The notes under the pieces were generated by a model. The model was not told where the DNA came from and ran no database searches. It saw only the letters and a program-made list of their open reading frames with translations. A stretch of 41,819 nucleotides of DNA from IMG/VR virus record IMGVR_UViG_3300020045_017494, positions 1 to 41,819 of that record, one strand, 5' to 3'. Shown here in pieces: positions 34,607-41,819 of the stretch (within the stretch, counting starts at the first letter, position 1; each line of letters begins with the position of its first letter). Origin of the DNA: a virus. Its lineage: Duplodnaviria; Caudoviricetes. The translations under genes were made by a program, and so were the position numbers.

Positions 34607-34643
34607 TTGTCCTTTTACCGGGCGATTTTACAGTTCACATTTG
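34607..34643 (+). promoter_or_regulatory. Putative late promoter 4 (head operon)
   Basis: TTGTCCTTT-N20-CACATTTG. Confidence 0.75.
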
Positions 34644-34663
34644 CTGAAAAATTACGGTAAAAG

Positions 34664-35785
34664 ATGAAAAAAATAGTCATCGACGGACAAATTGGCCCCT
34701 GGCAATTCTCGAAACAATACGTTAGAGAAATGCTGAAGGACAGCGCCAAAGATGAAGTTGAAGTAAACGTTAGCAGCCTGGGCGGATCAGTAGATCATGC
34801 CATCGACATACACGGCCAGTTTGCCACTCACGGAAATATCACCATACTTTACACCGGGTTTAATGCCTCATCGGCAACTCTTTTAGGACTTGGAGCCAAA
34901 AAGATACGGATGAGCGAAAACGCTTTTTACCTCATTCACAAACCCATGTTTAGTATCGACATGTGGAAAAACATGAACGAGGATGATATCGATGAAATAA
35001 TTGCCGATCTCGAGAAACAAAAAAACGATCTTGGAAAAATTACCCTGGTACTTGCACGCATGTACAAGGATAAAACCGGAATGAGCATTCAGGACGTGCT
35101 GAACCTGATGAAGGAAGAAAAATGGCTGAACGCCGACGAAGCCTTAAAAATGGGATTTGTTGACGAAATAGTAAAACCGGCACAGGCAATAAACTACCTG
35201 GAGGATGTTAACCTTATGGCGATGGTAACCGCATCAGGATATCCGGTACCAGGAAGAACCACAATTCCTGATCCGGCCGAAAAACCCGAAACAGTAAATG
35301 AAGAATCACTGGCAAAAAAGATCGGGGCCCAGATTATTAAATTTCTAACTCCTAAAAATACCATGAAAAAACAATTCACGCTTGTAAATACCGTGCTGAA
35401 GGTTGAGAAACTGGATAGTACCGAAGAAGGCATCTACCTGAATGAAGGCCAGTTTGAGGCTATTGAAGCTGAACTGGGAAAGGTACCTGCAGCTGTAGCG
35501 GCTCAAACCGCAGCTGAAACTGCCAGGACTACCGCCGAAACTGAACGCGATACAGCAGTAAATGAGCGCACAGCAGCTGTTACAGCTTTTGATACCCTGG
35601 ATGCAACCGTTGCAGCCGCCACCACTCCCGTGGCAAAACTGGAAGCAGTTAAAGCTTTACTTGCAAAAAAACCAGGTGTTCAGGCATCAGGAACCCATAC
35701 CCAAAAGGATCCGGAAGGAAAGTCGGAAGATGGCGTTGACTGGGAAACCCTGAACGGTCTTCCGCACATGAAAATTGAAGTTTAA
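34664..35785 (+). CDS. ClpP-type prohead protease with C-terminal scaffold
   Basis: SSLGGSV, ASSAT (Ser), LIHKP (His), EKWLNADEALKMGFVDEI; Ala/Thr-rich coiled-coil tail. Confidence 0.9.
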   Translation: MKKIVIDGQIGPWQFSKQYVREMLKDSAKDEVEVNVSSLGGSVDHAIDIHGQFATHGNITILYTGFNASSATLLGLGAKKIRMSENAFYLIHKPMFSIDMWKNMNEDDIDEIIADLEKQKNDLGKITLVLARMYKDKTGMSIQDVLNLMKEEKWLNADEALKMGFVDEIVKPAQAINYLEDVNLMAMVTASGYPVPGRTTIPDPAEKPETVNEESLAKKIGAQIIKFLTPKNTMKKQFTLVNTVLKVEKLDSTEEGIYLNEGQFEAIEAELGKVPAAVAAQTAAETARTTAETERDTAVNERTAAVTAFDTLDATVAAATTPVAKLEAVKALLAKKPGVQASGTHTQKDPEGKSEDGVDWETLNGLPHMKIEV

Positions 35786-35827
35786 TCTTCATACAAACTC
35801 GTAAACCCTTAAAACCCTCGCATAACA

Positions 35828-36787
35828 ATGGACATTTCTGAAATTGTAACCGCATTTGGCGCATACTATCTGAACTCAGGCCAGAACCAGGCCCGTATTC
35901 GTGGTATGCTCACCCAGGGATTGGTAACCCCGGGAATTTGCACCCCAATAAAAACTGATGATACCATTTACCAAATGGGTCAGCTTACTATCGACAGTAT
36001 AGTTCAGGCATTTCAAAAAGGCTGGACACCGAAAAATGCTGCCGCGATGACACCGAATGAACTTCGGTTGTATCATTTCAAAGTTGACGAAAGCATCTGG
36101 CCTGATGATGTAGAAGATACCTGGGCAGGTTTCCTTGCCGGACAAGGTGTTGACCGCAAAGCGTGGCCCCTTATCAAATTCCTCATCGAGCATCCTGATC
36201 AGGGATATATCGCCAAGATTAACAGCGATATGGAATTGAAAGAGTACGGCAAAGGTGTATACGTTGCCCCAACCCCGGGAACAGCTGCCACTACCGGAGC
36301 GTCGATGAACGGAATTGTAAAACAGCTGCAGGACGGAGTTAATGCCGATACCATTAATTCAGTGGTTCTGGGAGCCTTATCAACAGATACCATTTTCGAC
36401 CAGGTTGAATTGTTTATTGACGGAATTGCTGAATTGTACCAGCATGTATCCATGGATGTATGCATGTCGCCAAAATGGGCTAAAGCCTATTTACGTGATA
36501 AACGTACACAAGGATTCTATACCATCCCTTCCGACAAATCACTCGATTTGGGAATTGATTTCAGCCCACAGAACATCAAAGCCCTTCCATCACTGAATGG
36601 CACTGATGTGATATTTGCCACCCCAAAGGTAAACCTGATCCATCTTACCAAAAAAGCCACCAACAAAACCAATATCAAAATTGAAGAATACCGTCGTGAG
36701 GTTTCCTTCATGTGCGATTGGTGGGAAGGTATTGGCTTCGGCATGGATGCTGCAGTGTGGACTAACCTCCTGGACGCAACTCCGTAA
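35828..36787 (+). CDS. Major capsid protein
   Basis: 319 aa after the protease, followed by a terminator; QAFQKGWTP and DWWEGIGF motifs. Confidence 0.8.
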   Translation: MDISEIVTAFGAYYLNSGQNQARIRGMLTQGLVTPGICTPIKTDDTIYQMGQLTIDSIVQAFQKGWTPKNAAAMTPNELRLYHFKVDESIWPDDVEDTWAGFLAGQGVDRKAWPLIKFLIEHPDQGYIAKINSDMELKEYGKGVYVAPTPGTAATTGASMNGIVKQLQDGVNADTINSVVLGALSTDTIFDQVELFIDGIAELYQHVSMDVCMSPKWAKAYLRDKRTQGFYTIPSDKSLDLGIDFSPQNIKALPSLNGTDVIFATPKVNLIHLTKKATNKTNIKIEEYRREVSFMCDWWEGIGFGMDAAVWTNLLDATP

Positions 36788-36806
36788 TTAGCCAAATAAA
36801 GTAAAG

Positions 36807-36830
36807 GCCCCGGGAAACCGGGGCATTTTT
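36807..36830 (+). terminator. Terminator after the capsid gene
   Basis: GCCCCGG-GAAA-CCGGGGC-ATTTTT. Confidence 0.8.
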
Positions 36831-36853
36831 AACCTTTCAACAACCTTTTTAAA

Positions 36854-37408
36854 ATGGCACTTACTTTAGAAAATATCAATAAAAACCTTCCCGGAGGATG
36901 TAACCCGGGAGGAATTGCGCAAAGGGTTTATTACGGTTTTCATGCAGATGTAAAAACCTGGCCTACGAAGCCCGACCTGGCAACTGCCACAACCCTTGAA
37001 GCAATAGCAACACTAACAGGCGATATTGCGATGAACACCGGCAAACGCATGTGGGAGCTTTATCTTACTGACGACACCGGCGAATTCAAGATTGAAACAG
37101 TTGGTGAAAAAGATGGCAAATCGTTTGTTGAGCACCTTTCGCTGTTTCACCCAGGACTGCAGAAAACAGTACTCGGTTTTATCAACGCCGCCAAAAATGA
37201 AAACCTGGTTTTCATAGTTGAGGACGGAACCGGTCAAATGTACCTGATGGGCGACGCCGGCCATCCTGCCACCATGGACGGATCACCTGACGGAATTGGA
37301 ACCGGTAAGGAAACCGCTGCACGCCGAGGTGTAAGTATGGAATTTACTTACAAAACCTGCAACGCGTATATTTACGAGGGCGATATCCCGTTAACTCCAG
37401 CTATCTAA
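36854..37408 (+). CDS. Putative major tail tube / structural protein
   Basis: 184 aa, NPGGI start, GEKDGKSF, beta-rich. Confidence 0.55.
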   Translation: MALTLENINKNLPGGCNPGGIAQRVYYGFHADVKTWPTKPDLATATTLEAIATLTGDIAMNTGKRMWELYLTDDTGEFKIETVGEKDGKSFVEHLSLFHPGLQKTVLGFINAAKNENLVFIVEDGTGQMYLMGDAGHPATMDGSPDGIGTGKETAARRGVSMEFTYKTCNAYIYEGDIPLTPAI

Positions 37409-37411
37409 CCC

Positions 37412-37609
37412 ATGTCGTGGAAGGATAGTTATAAGGTAGTGGGCATAGTTCCCGGAAAGGTGATAACTCACCAATGCGGAGCAATTGATTTCAGCCGGGA
37501 CGATATCCCCATCGAAACAATTGAAAAGCTTTACAAATCAGGAAGCCGCTACCTTAAACCCATTCGTAAAAAGCAAATTTCGAAACCAAATACTGAAAGC
37601 CCTGAATAA
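37412..37609 (+). CDS. Small hypothetical protein
   Basis: 65 aa, operon packing. Confidence 0.65.
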   Translation: MSWKDSYKVVGIVPGKVITHQCGAIDFSRDDIPIETIEKLYKSGSRYLKPIRKKQISKPNTESPE

Positions 37610-37625
37610 GGGCTTTCAGTTCTTA
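37592..37625 (+). terminator. Perfect 12-bp hairpin, possible terminator
   Basis: ACTGAAAGCCCT-GAATA-AGGGCTTTCAGT-TCTTA. Confidence 0.6.
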
Positions 37626-37637
37626 AACTCATACGCG

Positions 37638-38534
37638 ATGACGACGCAAGAAAAAGTACAACAGTGGATTGATAATGGTGAAGAGTATAACTCCGGACTG
37701 TTATTACTTTCCGAAATTGGCAAAGTAATGCCCCAAATGATAAGGATCATGACAAACCGGCCAAACCGGTATGCCGATAAGCTGAAATATGAATTACTGA
37801 AAGCTTCGGGACTTTATAAACAAGAAACTGTTGAAGCGCAAAGCAGTGATCAGGATACAGATGAATCTGAAAAAGACACAATGCAAAAAGCTGCAGAGTT
37901 TTTAGGCGATTTACTTGGCGAAAAGATAGTTGTAGCTCAGAAGCAAGTTTCAGAAAAATCCAGTCCGGAAGCAACTGAAAACGAAAAGCGCGAAGACTGG
38001 AAAGATAAACCTTCAGCTGGAGCTACAAAAAATGAAACCTATCCTGCCGAAGTTGAAAAAGTAAAATCGGAATACTCCAGGCTTTATAACCTTCGCGCCC
38101 AGCAGCATGGATTGATGACAGATGTAACTCCTGACAATGCTCCGGCCAACGTTAAAAAACGTAAAGTTCTGAGTGATTCCATTGCCGAGATCTCGCAGCG
38201 CCTGGAGCTCCTGTACGCAGCTAAAGAATTATACTTCGAAAACGGAACCATACCCGACATAGATGCATTGTTTGGTGAAGTAAAAAAAACTGAGCAAGCA
38301 GTTGACGAATTGCCAAATGATATCGCTAAACTGAAGGCGATGAAGAAATCCCTCCAGATAAATATCCATAAGGCAAAAAACAAACTGGAGTACCAGGAAG
38401 AAACAAAACAAAAGCGTTCGAACCCAATGCCCGAAGGCCCTAAAAGGCTTGATCTGGAAAAAACAATTGAAGAAAGGGAAAAAGAAATTGAGCGCATTGA
38501 ATTCAAAATTGTAGAAATTGCCCATACTCGTTAA
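37638..38534 (+). CDS. Coiled-coil hypothetical protein
   Basis: Start MTTQEKVQQW after the hairpin; Glu/Lys-rich helices. Confidence 0.7.
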   Translation: MTTQEKVQQWIDNGEEYNSGLLLLSEIGKVMPQMIRIMTNRPNRYADKLKYELLKASGLYKQETVEAQSSDQDTDESEKDTMQKAAEFLGDLLGEKIVVAQKQVSEKSSPEATENEKREDWKDKPSAGATKNETYPAEVEKVKSEYSRLYNLRAQQHGLMTDVTPDNAPANVKKRKVLSDSIAEISQRLELLYAAKELYFENGTIPDIDALFGEVKKTEQAVDELPNDIAKLKAMKKSLQINIHKAKNKLEYQEETKQKRSNPMPEGPKRLDLEKTIEEREKEIERIEFKIVEIAHTR

Positions 38535-39099
38535 TACCCGTATCCTCGTCAGCGCGAAACCACAGGCAACCGGCAACGGCCCTGTGGTTTTATCAGTTAA
38601 CGGCATTCCTGAAGCTTTTAGCGCAGATCACAAAATTTTAACACAAACTATCGGCGATCTGGTACCCGGGCAAAACCTGCACTTTTATTCCTGGGCAAAC
38701 TTTAACCTGGTAAGGCTTATAATTTACCTTCTGAAACAGACCGGCCCCGCAAACTTGCTGATGACAAGTTACAGCTTCAGTCAGAAATCAATTGAAGAAC
38801 TATTAACGAGGAAACAATCAGGACTGCTACAATCGGTAAGGCTATTAATTGACAACCGGGTACGGGTGATGAGTCCGAAACCGTTTCAAATGCTACAAAC
38901 AGCATTTGATTACCGGTGCACTTCAGTTCACGCAAAAGTAGCTTTGATTTATAATGATAGTTGGAAGATAAGTATTGTTACCAGCCAAAACGCAACCGAT
39001 AACCCTAAGCTCGAGAGAGGAATAATATTTACCGATCCGGCAGTATTTGAATTTGACTTTAAAGTAATAGAAGATGAATTTCACGCAGGAACAACTTGA
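38518..39099 (+). CDS. PLD-like (HxK) nuclease-fold protein
   Basis: VHAKVALI...IVTSQNATDNPKLE single HKD-type motif. Confidence 0.75.
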   Translation: MPILVNTRILVSAKPQATGNGPVVLSVNGIPEAFSADHKILTQTIGDLVPGQNLHFYSWANFNLVRLIIYLLKQTGPANLLMTSYSFSQKSIEELLTRKQSGLLQSVRLLIDNRVRVMSPKPFQMLQTAFDYRCTSVHAKVALIYNDSWKISIVTSQNATDNPKLERGIIFTDPAVFEFDFKVIEDEFHAGTT

Positions 39100-39343
39100 C
39101 GAAATTGAGAGCATGGCTACCCTGTTTCTGCCTCCGGATGATATTGCTATAAATATCGGAGTGGATCCAGATGAGTTTACCGAATTGATCAACATCAAAT
39201 CCGGACCCGGTTACCTGGCATTTTTTAAAGGATGGATAAAAACGGAAGTGGAGCTGAGGACTTCAATACTGCAGGCAGCATTGAACGGTAGTAGTCCGGC
39301 TCAGCAAATGATGCTACAATATAAAAACCAGGCAGCGCAATGA
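39074..39343 (+). CDS. Small HTH protein, terminase small subunit candidate
   Basis: PDDIAINIGV HTH-like segment, ALNGSSPAQ; near terL. Confidence 0.5.
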   Translation: MNFTQEQLDEIESMATLFLPPDDIAINIGVDPDEFTELINIKSGPGYLAFFKGWIKTEVELRTSILQAALNGSSPAQQMMLQYKNQAAQ

Positions 39344-39933
39344 GCAGAATAGGAATTGAAGATGTAAGCTACGAACTGATAAAGGCGCACATTTTGCAGC
39401 CTGAGCAGTCGCCCCTGAGTGCAGAGCATCAGGAAATACTTGAAAGAGTTGTTTCAGTGGCAAAAGTACTGGATAAAAATCCAATACAGAAGCAAGCCAT
39501 GGCCATACACATGGCTAAGTTCCCGAATGTTGGGAAAACACAGGCTTTTAATGATATCAGGATGGCAATGCGATTGTTCAATTCGCTATATACATTCGAT
39601 TACGATTTTTGGCAAACCTGGCTAATGAATGATATTGTTCGCAATATCGACCGGTGCCGGAACAACAGCTCACCAGCCGCATTAAAAATCATAGCCATGG
39701 AGCATGCCAACCTGATCCATGCCCTGGGCAAGAAAACAGAAGAACTTGAAGATCCACGCCGGATGGAAAAGAACAATTTCTACATCGTTGTTCAAAATAA
39801 CAACAACACCGTTAATATCGATGCTGATCAGCTGAGTAAACTCCCGGCTAATACTGTTGCCGAAATTAACCGGGTTTTGTTCTCCGGGAACGAAATTACC
39901 GATGTGCAAGCTGAAGAAATAATGGGAACATGA
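39340..39933 (+). CDS. Hypothetical protein, terminase small subunit candidate
   Basis: 197 aa, helical, ATGA overlap with terL. Confidence 0.45.
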   Translation: MSRIGIEDVSYELIKAHILQPEQSPLSAEHQEILERVVSVAKVLDKNPIQKQAMAIHMAKFPNVGKTQAFNDIRMAMRLFNSLYTFDYDFWQTWLMNDIVRNIDRCRNNSSPAALKIIAMEHANLIHALGKKTEELEDPRRMEKNNFYIVVQNNNNTVNIDADQLSKLPANTVAEINRVLFSGNEITDVQAEEIMGT

Positions 39934-41630
39934 TAAACAATATAATCAGCCTCAATAATCCTCAACAGATATCGGTACTTAATAATGCAATGAGTACAGT
40001 AGATATCTGGGGGCGTGGTACCGGTAAATCTTTTTCCATGGGATGGGAATTAAACCAGATCATCCGGAATATGCCTCGATCGGTAACATCCATCACTGGC
40101 CAAACTTACGGGCAATTGTTGACAAGGACTTTACCCTCAACATTTAAGTTCCTGGGGGAACTTGGCTATGAAAAGGATAAAGATTATGTTATCGGGAGAA
40201 AGCCAGATAAATCGTGGCTTACACCCTATGAGCCAATTTTGAAGCATGAGAATTTTATAAGTTTCGCAAACGGGACCGGCTTCCTGATGTTAAGCCAGGA
40301 TAGAAAAGGATCTGCTCGTGGTCCGAATATCGACAGGGAAATTGTTGACGAAGCTTTGACCATCAATAAAGCCAGGTATGATGAAGAAGTAAGCCCAACG
40401 AACCGGGGAAATGATGAAAAGTTTGGGAAAAGGTCGCCCAATCCAATCCGTCAGCATCACGGATTCAAATATGTTTCTTCAATGCCATACACCCAGGAGC
40501 AAAAATGGCTTTTGGAATTTGGCGATTATTACGAGAAGGAAGCAGGAATTCTGCTTTTTGATATCTGGAACCGGATTGTAAAAATGCAGCTGCAGCTGAT
40601 AAGCGCGCATAAGGAAGCCAATAAAGCATTATTCAAAGATATTTGGAATGAGATAGTAAGGCTAAAAAGGCAAATCACTCCATTCGTATCAAAATCAGGA
40701 CTGCTTTTCACTCTGGCAAATGCTTTTGATAACATCAGCAATTTGGGGCTTTCGTACATTATCCGGGAATACGATAAACAAACGCTACTCACTTTCCTGG
40801 TTGAGATCCTGAATTACATTATTGATAAAGTTGAAGATTGCTATTATCATATTGATTCACAAACTCATGTTTATTACGATGCGTCAAATGCAAGCTTTAT
40901 ACGTGATGTTGCAGAAAATACAAATTGGGATTTCTCCCAGATGGAAAAATATGATGCACGAATGGATCTTGATTGTGATCCTACAAAGCCCATTGAGTTA
41001 GTACCAGATTGGGGTGCAAGCATATGCCTCTTCTCAATAGGGCAAGAACGCAACTATAACTTTGCAACCAGAAAGATAGAACCTGTTGATTGTGTAATAA
41101 ACGAATTTTTTCTTAAACCTGATCAAACAAGTGATGTAATAGTCAATGAATTGGTTGATAGAGTGTGTGAGTATTATCAGCATAATTCATGCAAAGATAT
41201 CTTTTATTATCGCGATAGGTATGGTGATAGCAGACAGCCAAACGTTAAAGCGAGTAAACCATACAATGAACAAGCAATAGATAGATTTAAAAAGAGTGGA
41301 TGGAATGTATTCCCCAAAGTACATGCGGGTCAGGAACCACCACAACATGAGAAATACTTGCTTTGGGGAAACATACTCAAGGGTAATAATCCTTTATTCC
41401 CTAAAGTTATATTTAATGGAAAGAATTGTAAGTACACACTGATCAGTATGAATAATACCCAGGTTAAAGAAATAAACGGGAAGTTCGAGAAAGATAAGAG
41501 CAGTGAACGCAAGAAATCTATTCTGCCTGAAGAGGCTACTCACTTCAGTGATGCTGTTGATAAACGTATATGGACAAAGTATGGCAACAGGCTATATAAA
41601 CAGTCAACATTCGTTGAACCAAGACTATAA
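39930..41630 (+). CDS. terL: Terminase large subunit
   Basis: Walker A WGRGTGKS, Walker B EIVDEA, SSMP coupling motif, nuclease DWG...D...HFSDAVD. Confidence 0.92.
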   Translation: MINNIISLNNPQQISVLNNAMSTVDIWGRGTGKSFSMGWELNQIIRNMPRSVTSITGQTYGQLLTRTLPSTFKFLGELGYEKDKDYVIGRKPDKSWLTPYEPILKHENFISFANGTGFLMLSQDRKGSARGPNIDREIVDEALTINKARYDEEVSPTNRGNDEKFGKRSPNPIRQHHGFKYVSSMPYTQEQKWLLEFGDYYEKEAGILLFDIWNRIVKMQLQLISAHKEANKALFKDIWNEIVRLKRQITPFVSKSGLLFTLANAFDNISNLGLSYIIREYDKQTLLTFLVEILNYIIDKVEDCYYHIDSQTHVYYDASNASFIRDVAENTNWDFSQMEKYDARMDLDCDPTKPIELVPDWGASICLFSIGQERNYNFATRKIEPVDCVINEFFLKPDQTSDVIVNELVDRVCEYYQHNSCKDIFYYRDRYGDSRQPNVKASKPYNEQAIDRFKKSGWNVFPKVHAGQEPPQHEKYLLWGNILKGNNPLFPKVIFNGKNCKYTLISMNNTQVKEINGKFEKDKSSERKKSILPEEATHFSDAVDKRIWTKYGNRLYKQSTFVEPRL

Positions 41631-41819
41631 TGAATCAGCCTGTGCTGGTAATAGCCCAGGGCTGATGTATTACTAGGACTGCCTTTGTAAGTGTATCACT
41701 ATGGTAACAGTGAACCAAAGCCGGGCACGTGTCCCATTATGGCATATATCCTGCATTTGTTTCGTTTTGGGTTGCTCGCTTTAACGTTTGGCTGTCTGCT
41801 ATCACCATACCTATCGCGA

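Noticed and set aside
1-41819. Stop-codon reassignment
   Set aside because: Standard-code ORFs tile the genome densely, and TAA, TAG and TGA all end genes at sensible junctions.

Overview
The window is a near-complete, circularly permuted genome of a temperate tailed (siphovirus-like) phage of a Bacteroidota host. Host assignment rests on TAnnTTTG promoters, AT-rich translation starts and a Bacteroidota-type integrase. Order: portal C-terminal half, neck genes, a BRCT moron, tape measure, tail genes with an embedded lysis cassette (two holin-like genes, M15 peptidase endolysin, u-spanin), fibre genes, an accessory operon ending in an XRE-ECF sigma fusion, integrase, an intact attP (tRNA-Asp 3' end), repressor/Cro switch, early genes (LuxR-type HTH, excisionase, ParB, initiator tRNA-Met, DUF4373-like initiator with internal iterons, DnaC-like ATPase, mini PolX, DUF4406-like), Clp protease, major capsid, PLD-like nuclease and terminase. 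The strongest non-coding signals are: four exactly spaced TTGTCCTTT-N20-(-7) late promoters; four 48-51 bp REP-like hairpin repeats at gene ends; a pseudoknot-capable RNA switch at 4945-5088; iterons at a 32-bp period; and a twin-hairpin/boxA-like region before the tRNA. Family assignments are from motif recognition by eye; no searches were run.
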